A stretch of 64,000 nucleotides of DNA. Origin: Bigelowiella natans CCMP2755 (taxonomy: Eukaryota; Protista; Cercozoa). Shown one piece after another: positions 24,780 through 36,484 of this stretch (its first letter is position 1; every line of letters begins with the position of its first letter). Made by a program: the position numbers and the translations under genes. The stretch spans positions 1-64,000 of the forward strand of contig ADNK01000828.1 in the NCBI GenBank assembly GCA_000320545.1. The letters are read 5' to 3'. The notes below the pieces were generated by a model. That model did not search any database and was not told the origin of the DNA. It saw nothing but the letters and a program-made list of their open reading frames with translations.

Positions 24780-25761
24780 GAATACAAATCAAAGGCAAAG
24801 TAATGTAAAATGTTCCACACGAATCCATTCAAGTAGTCATACAAGAATACGACAGCATAACTGCCGTTGTAAAATGATAACTGATGAAAACTTCTAGCCT
24901 GTATGCACATGTTGGTATCTAGACATGAGTAAGGCGGATATCATTGATAATGTTCTATATCTGACTTCATGCACGTACTTACAATCTCAATTTTGTGAAA
25001 TGCACAACTGCATGGTACATACATGTTTTACCCATGGAATCGTGTGTGCAACGTACACATTCAATATTGTTTCGTGGCCCTTTACTCCCTGTAGTGTAAT
25101 TGCGGCTATTCGTAATCTCGGCGTATTCTTTTGCGTATATGCGGCCTCGCATGCAGCTATGTCAGCTTGGCAAGCATACAGCGTAGATATTGCTGACGTT
25201 TGCAGCAGTGCAACATCCAGTGCGGCTGCGGTGCGTGAAGATGCAGGACAATCATGCACTCACGTGATATTGGTGCTTGTCTAGTTGTAGATATGCGATG
25301 CTGCATCCTTCATTAACGCACCAGCATTAATGGATGCAATGCAAACATTTCATGAGGCAGTTGACTAAGCAGCACACATTGTGCATGCAACAGAGCATCG
25401 ATCGCGGCCGACAAAAGGAGACTAGATTGAAGGTCAAACTATCACATTTGCGGGACTGCTGCAGCCGCGCGCGCCAAAAGTTCAAAAACTTGTGTGGCCA
25501 GTTTTGACCAAGTGTCTAGGGCGTGGATGTCACGCACGCGAGAGCTTTGCATGCGATGTACGAGCAGCAACAATAGAAACGGTTTATAGTGCATATATCA
25601 CAAATATTTTATACATGTATATACGTGATAACGATAGATGTATAATGCTTCTATTACATATCAAACAACGTACGCGCATTTAGCATCGATAGAAACAGAA
25701 TGATGCGTTCATTTTTCAATACAGCAGTCAACGATAATTATTTCTTCTCTTCAAAGCACTG

Positions 25762-28346
25762 TCACTTGATTTTCGTGACTATTGTGAATTTCCTTTGGCA
25801 TTCCAAGCACAAGAATCGTCTAACGGTTGAAAAGGTAGCTGATGCTTTATCATCTCCTTTCGCCACGAGCAATTCCAGTTTCTCACCCTGATTACACCGT
25901 GTGCATCGAACGCCAAACCTCCTGCAGCACATCATTGAATAGAATCTATGTGTGTGTGTGTGTGTGCGTGTGCGTGTGCGTGAATTATGTATCATACAAA
26001 TACATAGCGGTGAAGGACCATGTCGACATGTGTGCAATGCAGAAAGTGCGCAATACCGATTAAGACCACAGGCCTGGCACGACTTGTGCTTTCGTTGATT
26101 TTCCATGGTGCATTCTTGGCAAACCCATATGGGAGATTCATCTGCACGACAGGAAAGCAGCATCATAGTGTAAGTTGCTGCATACGACCATTGTGATACA
26201 TCATCATTGTATTCATGATCATTTCCTCCCTCATCGCTACTCACCCTCCTTCTTTTCTCCTTTATCGTTCTTGTTATCAGGAGTGGACATTCCCTTTGAT
26301 CGGCTATTTTCCTTCGTTGCCTTCTTTTTTTTCTTCCTTTTTCCTCCTCCCCCTCCTCCTTGTTGTTCTCCGCCAAAAGCAGCAGTAGCAGAGCGTGCAG
26401 TTCCTCTCTTCATTTTGTGTTTTTTCTTCGTCGTCTTCGTCGTCGATATGGGCTTCTTTTTGTTCTTCTCAGACCTCTTATTCTTTCCTTTCTGCCTTCT
26501 TGCTGGTTTCTTCTTCTTCTTCTTTAAGTGCTGTTCCCCTCCTTCTTCCTCTCTCGCATCATCATCTTCATCGCTGATTATGTATTCTCCCTCTTCCGTG
26601 ATACCGTTTTCACGAAGTTCGTTGAGTAGCCCTTGGATGTCCCACGTCTTCTTCTTATCGAAATGCTTAAAGTCAGAGGCAGAGGAGTACCACGGGCATT
26701 TCCTGTGCAGCATTGAGAACAGTCGTGCGCCTTCAGACTGCGGCGGCGGCGGTGGTACGTGGATGGTGGATGAAGATGATGGCGAAGACAGTGATGATGA
26801 TGATGATGATGATGTTCTTGTTCCTGTTGCTGCTGCTGCTGCCTCTATGAGATGAGCATACAACCTTGCAGACCTCGACACCCAGTTTAGTCTCACCAAG
26901 AGACCAAGGCTGCTGCGATTCCCATCCACGTGCCGGATTCTATGGCGAGCGAGCCATCTCGTATTGCCCGTCATCGCATAGAAATGGCCTCGTTTGTGCT
27001 TGAACGACACGCACCGCCCTGCCGCTGGGCCATTAATGTCAACGTCGTCGTAAAGCACGTCGACTGTCTTCTCATCGCCTACGAAACAAGGAGGTATCCA
27101 CGATCAGAGGTCCAATTGTGATAGATGGTGTAGGCAGGGGAAGGAGGAGGAGGAGGAGGAGGAGGGGCAAGGACGAGAGGGGTAAATATCATTGATTCGT
27201 TCCATCCATATTCGTCTTCATCGTAAGTGACGACAATAATTCATATTATTAAAAAAAATCAGTACGTGTAGTATTTGTAGACGAATATGACGTCGGCTGA
27301 TTGTTTGAAATGGAGGAATCAACATCAATGAACATCGCGACTAACGAACGACTACTACGAAAGATGATGTGTATGGTCTTGGAGTTTCGATTCGTCCCAT
27401 TGTATTGGTATTTGTGGCAGTAGTATCTTCTCGTCGTGACCATCAAGGAGGAGCGATCCGATTGCTTGGCCAAGACAGCTAACATCCTGGTGCAAAGGAA
27501 TGCCTGGACCGTACTTGAGCGACGACGACGACGACGTTGATGATGCCTACAGATAGGTACCCACCGTAAATAGTTGGAAAGAGTTATAGATGTGATATTG
27601 GTGATCTAAACAATCATTCAAACTCTCTCTCTCTCCCTCGACATCTCGCATACACACTCAGGCATTCACTCACTCACTCACACACATACACAGGCATTAC
27701 TACTACGATCAATACCCCACTACTTGTCACCACATTCACCAACAAACATCTACCCCTGCTCCTCCTCCTCCTCCTCCTCCTCCTCCTCCTCCTGAGTTAT
27801 TAGGCATCACAAGCCCATAATCGAGCACAACAAAAGCCATGACTTCAAGGACAAATTCCTCGCCATCCTTTCCCCTCTTGCAGCTCGGAAGAGCGCCTTT
27901 TGCGACAGCAGCATCAACCTGAGAAAGGAGGAGAAAACGGACGATGACGACAATGACGTCGAAAGGGTTGGCACAGCATCAACTTAGAACAACAACACGA
28001 TTAAGGGGCTTGATTGGGCACGATAACCCAAATAATTTAATATCGGCCAATCTTGTCTCATTATCCGTCGTCAGGGGGTGAGAGGAGAAGTGCATTCTTA
28101 TTTTCGGTATTTGTTATTGCTTGTGGTAGTGACATGGCAGCAGCAAGTAGCAGCAGGAGCATATCTTTCAGTACTACCAACGTCATGAGAGTTTTCCACT
28201 GACGATGAGTTGCTCTGGATGCCGGCATGCGACAATGCTTGCAGTATGATCCCCTTTTGACGGTGTTGCTGTATAACGTCGTGAGAGAAGAAGAAGAAGA
28301 GGAGGAAGAAGAGGACAAAGGCAAAAGGAAAGATAAAACAAGGGGG

Positions 28347-28384
<38 letters not shown>

Positions 28385-28578
28385 GAGAGTTAGGAAGATT
28401 GGAGTGATGTATAAGATGTCTAATGGGGGAGACTTGGAAGTTAGCATTTCATTGCAGGAGCGTTGTATACACATAACCAAGGGTACAGGATCATAACATA
28501 ATGAGAGCTGCTAGTGATATAGTAATGGTAGCTAGTGTTGTAGTAGTAGCAGCAGTAGTGGGATATCAGTAAGTGAGG

Positions 28579-28630
<52 letters not shown>

Positions 28631-30047
28631 AAGAGAGACCAGAATCTAACTGAGCAGGTGTTGCTCCGCACTTTTGGCAGCCCGTGACTACAGGGCATAT
28701 CACCCAGAACCTCGCGGGGGGGGATAGCATCCTGAACGATGCTATCGATACTAATACCAGTACTACTGATGTTTCTCTTCTCAATCTTGCAGAATTGGGA
28801 AGAAGAATTGTCTTTTCGACTGTTGGCCGTCCTTTCTATTTTGATTTGTTGTTGATAGTCGAGATTATCCGATGAATGTTTATGCCTCTCCTCCCCATCT
28901 TTTTTATCACTGTTGTTGCTTATTTTCTTCTTCTTCTCCTCTTGATCGAATTCAACGTGGCCACCATGATAGTTATCACCATCGTCGCCGTCATATATTG
29001 TCTTGTTCTCTAATCCAAGTGAACGTGTTTTCGTTGCTGTACTACCCCCCAGCCCTTGCTGAACATAGCACGGTTGTTGTTTCTTGGTTGGTACTTCGTC
29101 GTGCCACACGATTTTACTGTTTACCTGTTGCAAAAAGTACCACACACGATGCATAACGAATGGTGGCTATGATAAAGAAAGTGACAACAATAAGAATTTT
29201 GTCACACATAAAGCACTGAGAAGTCAAGAAAGAATGAGTGAATCGTATGTTTGCTTTCGGTGATATTGCTGTCTTCTTCATCATATGTACGCTCTGAACA
29301 TTTTTGGCATGAGAATGCTGCATGGAATGGATGTATGTGCGTGTGGTGGCTCTTCTATGCATGTATTTGCACCACCACCCTGTCGATCCACTTGTTAGGT
29401 ATAGTTTGATTTTTATTCCATTTGGGAGGGTCGCCATTCCTCGTCACGTAGATTTGCGTGCCGTTAGCAGGGTTGTCCCCAATACTGACGCCAACTGCTT
29501 TATGCCGCCCTCGAGTCTGGCGTGTACTTCTCCTACTCCTGCTCTTTCTGCTATGGCTGCTGCTGCTGCTGCTTCTCGTAGTCCCATGCTCACTCTTTCC
29601 TCTCTCCCCGTTTATACCCCCCCCTCTACTGCTGGTGGTATGCATGCTGCTTGCGTCTACGGTTTCTTTGGAGGAGGACAATGGCTTTTGCCCTTTCCTA
29701 TCTTGCTTCTCCTCTTCCTTTTCCTCCTCAATCCCGTCATCATCATCCTTTCCTTCGTCGTTGTTGCTGTCATCACCACCATCATCGTTGGCCTGCTGAA
29801 TAATCTCCTCGCACACATGTCGTAGAGCGATGAGCTGATCTGGAGTCAGCAACGAGCCCGATCGTACTAAACCAAGTTGTGCGACCTTGTCGAGGATAAT
29901 CACCACGACGATATTCATGGGCCATGGCAATGAGAGAGAGATTGAAGAAGAAGAAGAAGAAGAAGAAGAAGAAGAAGGGGGGGGGGGGGGAATTAGCACA
30001 ATTGTTCGAGAGATGTTGTTTTTATGCGTGTCTGATGTTCCTATCTC

Positions 30048-30086
<39 letters not shown>

Positions 30087-32087
30087 AGGAGCAGTAATAG
30101 TAGCATATGGTCGTGGGGCAGATAATGCTAATAGAACAACTGCTCATTAGGAGGAGTGAGGAAATGTAAGCACTATCGGTGTCGTCGCCAAAAACAAAAT
30201 TGAATTCGTAAATGGTATTTCAAAGAGACTTACATGTTTGATGGAATGAAAATGTATTGTCTTTTGCTGGTATATTGCAGCAGTCCGCTTGTTACTATTC
30301 TTCTTTTTCCTATTCTTCTGAGGTTGGGCCTGCTGCGCGGACTTGGTATTTTTTCTCAGCTTCTTCTTCCCGCTCCTCTTCACAGCCTTAGCTTTGTTCG
30401 CATTGTCAATGAGTTTCTTCAACTCGTTGGTTGGTAGCGCGCTGAAGGTCAGTAGCGGACAGAAGCGAAGAAGTGTTGGGAAATTCTTCATCGCCACCTT
30501 CTTCGTCGTCGTCGTCGGTTTCGTCGTCAAAGCCATCGTTATTGGGAAAGTATAGGGTAGTAGTGCTTCTGTTCGTGAAGGAGAATTGGCAGGAGTACTA
30601 CTACTACAACTACTACTAGTAGTGACTGCAGATGTATCATTGGCAAGATGATCTTTTTCCTGAAGCTTCTTGCTCTCCTCGGTTTCTTGTTCATTCGTCT
30701 TCTCTTCCTCCTCCCGCACATGCCCTTGCAGCAGCGTAGGCTCTACTGCATAATCGACTGCCACGCTTTGTTTTCTAACATCGCTTACAGTGGCAGCGAC
30801 GAAACGGTATCGGTGTGACGAGGACGCAGAAGAAGAGTCTTGCCCATCATCATCATCATCATCACCGAATGCAGCCTTTCATAGAAAAGGTAGGTTGTAC
30901 ATTTGCTCATCATCTTCGATAGAGAAAATTTTGAACTACGAAGCGAAATCACATATCTGCATACCACTTCACCTGTACCGAGCAACTTCACACACACACA
31001 CACACACACACATACACACATTATATTCGTTTTTCTCATTTATTACCTTGGATAAGTCAGAAGGAGGTGTCTCGGGCACCAGCGCAAGCACTTGCATCCC
31101 GCACTGAAGTTCGGATTTGCGGTACTTGAGAGTTTTCAAGTCACAGAGCTCACTCCAAGGAACAAATTCAACCATCTTCTCTTGCTTTCCATTGGTGTTT
31201 CCGCCCGGTCTCTTCCTCTTCTTCCCGCTCTGGAAAGAGGGGGATTTATCATCTTTGCTGTCATTATGATCTTCATCACCGTCGTTGTCGTTGTCATCAT
31301 CATCTTTATCTCCGGGGACAACCCTTTTGTTTGAGCAGTTTTTGCTGGGTCTCTCTAGTGCGGACACAGAGGCGTGTTCCAGACACGCGGCCTTCAGAAT
31401 TACGATTTCTGCTTCCAATGAAGAAGATAGTGATGATACTTGCTGCCCATTCTCGTTGGGATGCAACATAGGTGGCTGTTTCTGCCTGCTGCTACCAGGT
31501 GCTATTAATCGGACCATTGGCTGACCAAGACGAAGTTCCGGCTTTGGTGGTGATCCTATACCTCCCCTGCATTCACAATACGGATATGATGTAACTTCTC
31601 ATGAATTTGTGATGATAAGAATGAGTGCACATGATGGTATTGAGGTAGCAGGACGGAGAAATTCCATCTTAGACGGGGGAGAGTAACATGCAGAAGGAGG
31701 AGGAGGAGGAGGAGGAGGAGGAGGAGGAGGGGAGGAGAAGGAAGAGAAGAGCAAATTCGGAGATATTTCTCACCGGCCATTCTTTTTTGAAATTGATGCC
31801 ATGGCCTGCCGTACTCTAAATGTTTCGAAGTCATGCCCACGCATTCCTGCCTTGCTGTACTCCTGTTAGTGACAGGTCGTAGGACATGTTTGTGAGTAAG
31901 AAAGAGTGTGTATGTTGCGTGCTCGCGCGCGCACGCGTATACCTATAAATTGTTTGCAATCGTATCATTTGATTGAGGGTGAAAGGATTCAAACTCGCAA
32001 AAAAATCATCACCATCTGCTGCAGCCTTCGAGCGAGGGCTGCATCATCGTTGTTGCCAGTCGTCGCTCTTCTTTTGCTCCTGCGCAT
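25762..32087 (-). CDS. Large multi-exon protein with an AlkB-like 2OG-Fe(II) dioxygenase domain, an N-terminal DAALARRLQ motif, a Tudor-like segment, a RanBP2-type zinc finger and a C-terminal Zn ribbon
   Basis: Spliced core: LGLVRSGSLLTPDQLIAL ... KYGPGIPLHQDVSCLGQAIGSLLLDG (HxD at 27484-27492) ... KRGHFYAMTGNTRWLARHRIRHVDGNRSSLGLLVR (distal His and Arg). WVCQECTMENQRKHKSCQACG at ~26065-26130; CTRC...CLEC at the C-terminus. Some internal joins are unresolved. Confidence 0.7.
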
Positions 32088-32485
32088 CGATTCTCCCTTG
32101 TGCACAAGCTTTCACAGAGAAAACAAATGGTTGAAACGGCTCTCTCCTCTTCTGATGGAGGGGAAGCAATCAGTACGTATGCTGCCAGATGGCGGAGCGG
32201 AGGGAGATGGCGCTTCTTAATAATATTACAAACATGAAACTACGACTACTTCCACGATGTTTTTCGCATAATTTTATTCCTTGTCAATTATCCTCTGAGT
32301 TTATTCCTCGTACGAAGTTTCTAGCACGTGTTTCTTTCTTTTTCTTCTTTTTTCTCCTTTGCACAGTGGTAACTGATTTCTTGCTTGGTTGCTTCTGCGA
32401 CTTGCATAATGTATTGTCGTTGCGTGTAAAAGGATTCCGTATTCATTAAATCTACCGAACCTACGAACCTATCCCCTTTTTTCCA

Positions 32486-33234
32486 ATGGGGGGGACCCAA
32501 CATGGGGGCGTTGCTACTCTCCTCCTCTTGCTTCCTTACCTTACAGCTCAAATACTACGTGGTCCCACTACCTCCCAGAATGTCGCCTCCGCGGCCATAG
32601 TTTCTTTGCCTTTTTCGAGATGGCATGGCACTAGCTTTTCAAGAATGCGGAGAGAAAGGCACGTCAGGAATTGGGAGGATATCCTGTTGCCGGAGGAGGA
32701 GCCATCGAAACGATCGCACATTGGAAGAAAGTCGCTTAATTCTTACAATTTCATTTCCCTTTGTTTAACGATTCTATTCTGATTGCAGGCAGCGTGATAG
32801 CACAGATCAAAAGTGCAAAGAGCTTGCAGAGAAATTGTGTAACCTGTCGGATGCAAAACTGAAGGATATCGACATTAGTGATTCGGTGGCGTTCATAAAT
32901 ACGAAAATATATGGACCCTAATTTTTCTGAGAACTTTTTCCTTGCATCAATTAGCTTCGTTATGAGGTTGGCCTGGCTCGGGAATTGAAGCAAAGGCCTA
33001 AACGGAAGTCCTGGGCTCGTCAAATGCTCAACATCAGATCCATCATCCGCGAGTCAAGTCAGTAGCGTGAACATCGATATGTTTAGATCAGAGGCTCGTT
33101 TGTGAAGATTACGATATCTATTAATTGTGTCTGCATTCCTGAATTCCTGCTACAACAATTCAGACCCAAAGGCAGTTCGGCATCTCACAGACGAGTTGGT
33201 GAGGATACAGGTACTCAAGCAGCAGGGAGAATGA
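32486..33234 (+). CDS. Small hypothetical protein with a signal peptide plus transit-peptide-like leader; 4 exons
   Basis: MGGTQHGGVATLLLLLPYLTA, then S/R-rich QILRGPTTSQNVASAAIVSLPFSRWHGTSFSRMRRERHVRN. Phase-consistent downstream exons QRDSTDQKCKELAEKL..., VGLARELKQRPKRKSWARQML... and NPKAVRHLTDELVRIQVLKQQGE*. Confidence 0.55.
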
Positions 33235-33630
33235 TTAAATTAAAGTGACATAGATATGGAAACGACTTTGTCGTGAATCTCACTGCCAGCTCAGAAGCAT
33301 GACATGGATGAAATCTGATGGAAACGTGCGCTACTAGGCTAGCTTATGCTATGGCATGTTGCGACAATGCGATGCGCCCCAAATGGCCGCTTGAGCTCTC
33401 ATAAAGTACAATTTGCAATATTTGCAAGTGTGTGTGTCCTAAGGTACACGACACACATGCACGCGCAAGCTCAAAGAACCGCACCTCATTGCTGTTGGTT
33501 GTCGCATCACTAGATTTAGAGATCAGCCCTGTCCGCCCGGCTCATTGTTTGCCAGCGAAATAACAATGAGCTAACAATTGAGCGCAAAACGCACCAACAC
33601 GCACGTTGCATGCCACTGGACTGTTGCCTA

Positions 33631-35187
33631 CGTGGCCCCATGCTAGCCGTGTGTGTCTGTCGATCTAGCAGCTGTCCGGATCCGCAGCACACCCACATGT
33701 GCATGCATGCAACGACGTGTACGAGTCGCATGTGCACGTGTGTCAGGGCCCTGACACGTTGCAGCAACGTGAAACACACTAGCACGTGCATTCCACAATT
33801 CATCGCAGCACAGACATGCACCCGCCCGGTCATGCCAAGCTAGCAAGCTAGCAAGCCTGACACAGAGTTGCACATGCTAGCTAGCACCAGAGCATGCGAT
33901 GCTCTGTCTCCGTGCTGATCTAGTGATCACACCAATGGACCAGGTCCAGGTGCCGCCTTCTCTGGCTAGCTGGTCTAGTGGTGCTGGCGCTGGCTCTGCA
34001 GCTCAGCAGTTTGGCATCGTGCGGTCAAAACGCTGCTGCCACCCGCTAGCCCGCCTGGTGCGCACGTCTCTAGGCCTGGCGAAGGTCACCTGTGAATCAC
34101 ACAGCTCTGTGCCTCCTGCTGCATGAGCTCATTCGTCATCGACTGCACACAGGTGAATGATGATGAGTGAGGCACAGGCAAATGATGATGATGAGTGAGG
34201 CACAAGTGAACGAATGAACGAACACACACGAATGGTTCCAATGTGATGTGCTGGGTTCGTTCGAAAGGATCGGATCATCAGACGTGCTCTAGCAGTGCTG
34301 ACTCGTGTGATTCTAACGTTCCTGCGTTGTCCAAGCAACTGCAACAACTGAACGCAACGAGCCAAAAACAAAGATGCAACGAAAGAAAGAAACGTTTCCA
34401 TTGAAGTGATTGAAAGGATCATGGGACACGCTCTAGCGCTGACATCCGTGCCCTCCCGGATCAACTGGACCACCAAGGGAAAATGTGAGTGTTTGTTTCA
34501 TGTCCGGCCACAGCACTTGAGTGAACGAACTTGACGCTGCACAGCTAGACAGCGCTGGAGCGGGCGGAGAGCCCACAATCCAAATCGAACGATTCACGAA
34601 AGGAAATTGAACGCACGAGTGAACGAGGCAATTCCAAAAACAAGCTTTTGCTTGTCCCCAATTGTGACGACTGAACGAACGAAGTCCAGAAGCAGTTGCA
34701 CAGGAGCGATTGAAAGGATCACAGGGCACGCTGGTTCACCCGTGTTGCATGCACCTCCTCAATCAACTGGGCCGTGAGAGACACATGCACACACTGCACA
34801 CGTGTGCTCAGTCTCTTTTCACACCATTTTTTTTCCAACTGCATGTGTGCTGTTCACAGCTCCACGTCCACCAAACAAGTGCACACACACGTGCCAGCAT
34901 GTGCTGCCAGCTCTGCTGTTTGCACGCGGATGCACGTGCACTTGTGTGCCAACTTGTGCCGTGTTTCGTGAGCAAACGATTCCCAGCTAGACAGTGACAG
35001 CGAAAGCATTGATGTGTTTTTCCACGCACACAAGGCAATGGACACGCATGCACACTGGCACACATGCACTTGGTCTCTTTCGATCACCAGAGAAAGTTGA
35101 AGGTTTGTTTCACTTCCGCCGGCCACGCACTTGGAACGAAAATGACTGGACGGATGACCTGGCGACAAAAAAGAAAATGCAGAATCC
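33631..35187. other. TpA-depleted tract with degenerate internal repeats (relic element)
   Basis: Manual count: 18 TA in ~1560 bp, 16 of them in CTAG. Repeated gaaaggatc... units at ~34264, 34413 and 34712; gtttgtttca...ggccac..cacttg at ~34491 and 35103. Confidence 0.85.
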
Positions 35188-36484
35188 TAATTTCACACTG
35201 TGCTCGTTGTCGCACATCATAACTCAGATGTTTCTTCGGGCATTTTGCCTTAACGGTGGTCAAGGAAGAAGAATTTTGTTCTTTTGGTCCCGACGGCCAC
35301 ATCACCAAGCCACTGTGCTAGAAATTTCATGCGATCTTGAGGGCATCGATGGTACCACGTCCGTGTTGAAAACTCGGTTCAAATTTGGTGGAATTCCCAA
35401 GAAATATCGTTTGGATTTTAAAAGACATTTATCGGTGAATTTGCAACAAAACGAGTGTAACAGCACTCGTTGTCGATCCACGTTGTCGAAATTCATCTCA
35501 CTTGGATCTTATCCCCCACCACCCATGCGGTCTCGTTCCGATCCCACAAGGAAAAGGACGCTCCTACCCCTCGGGTGCAACCTGATTGGAGACAAAGTAA
35601 GCTCGATGAAGAATCAGTCTCTAACGGAATCAAAGAAAGATTCTTCTCTTTTTCATTTACCTGTGCGAAATGGTTGGTCTCCTCATCAGACCAGGCCCAT
35701 AGGAACACGACTCTCAGTATGCAATAAAACTTCAGCGCATAACTTAGCCCGTCCAGGGAAAAGGAAACTGTTAAGACGACCTTCACATAGTATGCAGTTA
35801 GTATATCAGCCTGCAAATTCACGAGGTAATCACGGCGGCTTTTCGACATTGCGAGGGAGCATTTCTCTTCCTTCAGCTGAGGAGCAACTGAGAAGGCATC
35901 CATTTCGTATGTCTTGGAAGGAGGATCTCCCACTTGCAACGTCAGAGGCTGTAAAATGTGCGAGGTTCCCAGGGTGTGTAAGATCGAGTACCTCGTTTCA
36001 AGTTCAGCGAGGAAATGCGCGTGTCAGATCGGAATCGGCGTCATTGACGCCATCATTGATGTCTCGGAAATTGGATAGGAACAGTTCAATCATCCCACGT
36101 CGCGTAAATACAAGTCAAAGTCTAGGGCCAGAAATTAGTTCATCAACAAGGAATGACTCTTTGGATATTGCCATTGAAAACTCGAAGAGTGCCTTTTCGC
36201 CAACTCCACCTAAAGCTCGACATCCACGAAAATCAAATCATGATGAAATTGGATTGAATTCTGCGCTTCCATTGAAGAAAAACAGAAGACCATTAATTGG
36301 GAGTGTCAATAGTATTGAGATAAGTGAGGAAGAGTGGAACAAGCTTGAGAAAGACACATGCATTTCTTCTCTGGAAATGTTTCAGACTCGAGTTGTCGAT
36401 TCAGTATCACCGGAGCAGCAATTGAAATGGAAACATGAATGGTTGGCGGCACAACAAGACTCGAACAAGCAACAAGAAGCCTAG
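34994..36484 (+). CDS. Intronless hypothetical ORF (496 aa; the real start may be internal, e.g. ATG near 35524)
   Basis: Long open frame, S/R/P-rich, with a short ordered-looking C-terminus (LEMFQTRVVDSVSPEQQLKWKHEW). The first ~65 codons lie inside the TA-free tract, where TAA/TAG cannot occur. Confidence 0.45.
   Translation: MTAKALMCFSTHTRQWTRMHTGTHALGLFRSPEKVEGLFHFRRPRTWNENDWTDDLATKKKMQNPNFTLCSLSHIITQMFLRAFCLNGGQGRRILFFWSRRPHHQATVLEISCDLEGIDGTTSVLKTRFKFGGIPKKYRLDFKRHLSVNLQQNECNSTRCRSTLSKFISLGSYPPPPMRSRSDPTRKRTLLPLGCNLIGDKVSSMKNQSLTESKKDSSLFHLPVRNGWSPHQTRPIGTRLSVCNKTSAHNLARPGKRKLLRRPSHSMQLVYQPANSRGNHGGFSTLRGSISLPSAEEQLRRHPFRMSWKEDLPLATSEAVKCARFPGCVRSSTSFQVQRGNARVRSESASLTPSLMSRKLDRNSSIIPRRVNTSQSLGPEISSSTRNDSLDIAIENSKSAFSPTPPKARHPRKSNHDEIGLNSALPLKKNRRPLIGSVNSIEISEEEWNKLEKDTCISSLEMFQTRVVDSVSPEQQLKWKHEWLAAQQDSNKQQEA

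Noticed and set aside
33631-35187. CpG methylation decay or fungal-type RIP as the cause of the TG/CA-rich tracts
   Set aside because: CpG is abundant in the tracts and TpA is what is missing; those processes deplete CpG/CpA and raise TpA.
33516-35308. Cys/His-rich ORFs on both strands as metal-binding proteins (also 14856-15112, 62772-63525)
   Set aside because: They are a by-product of TA loss: no TAA/TAG stops and no Tyr codons, with excess TGY/CAY.
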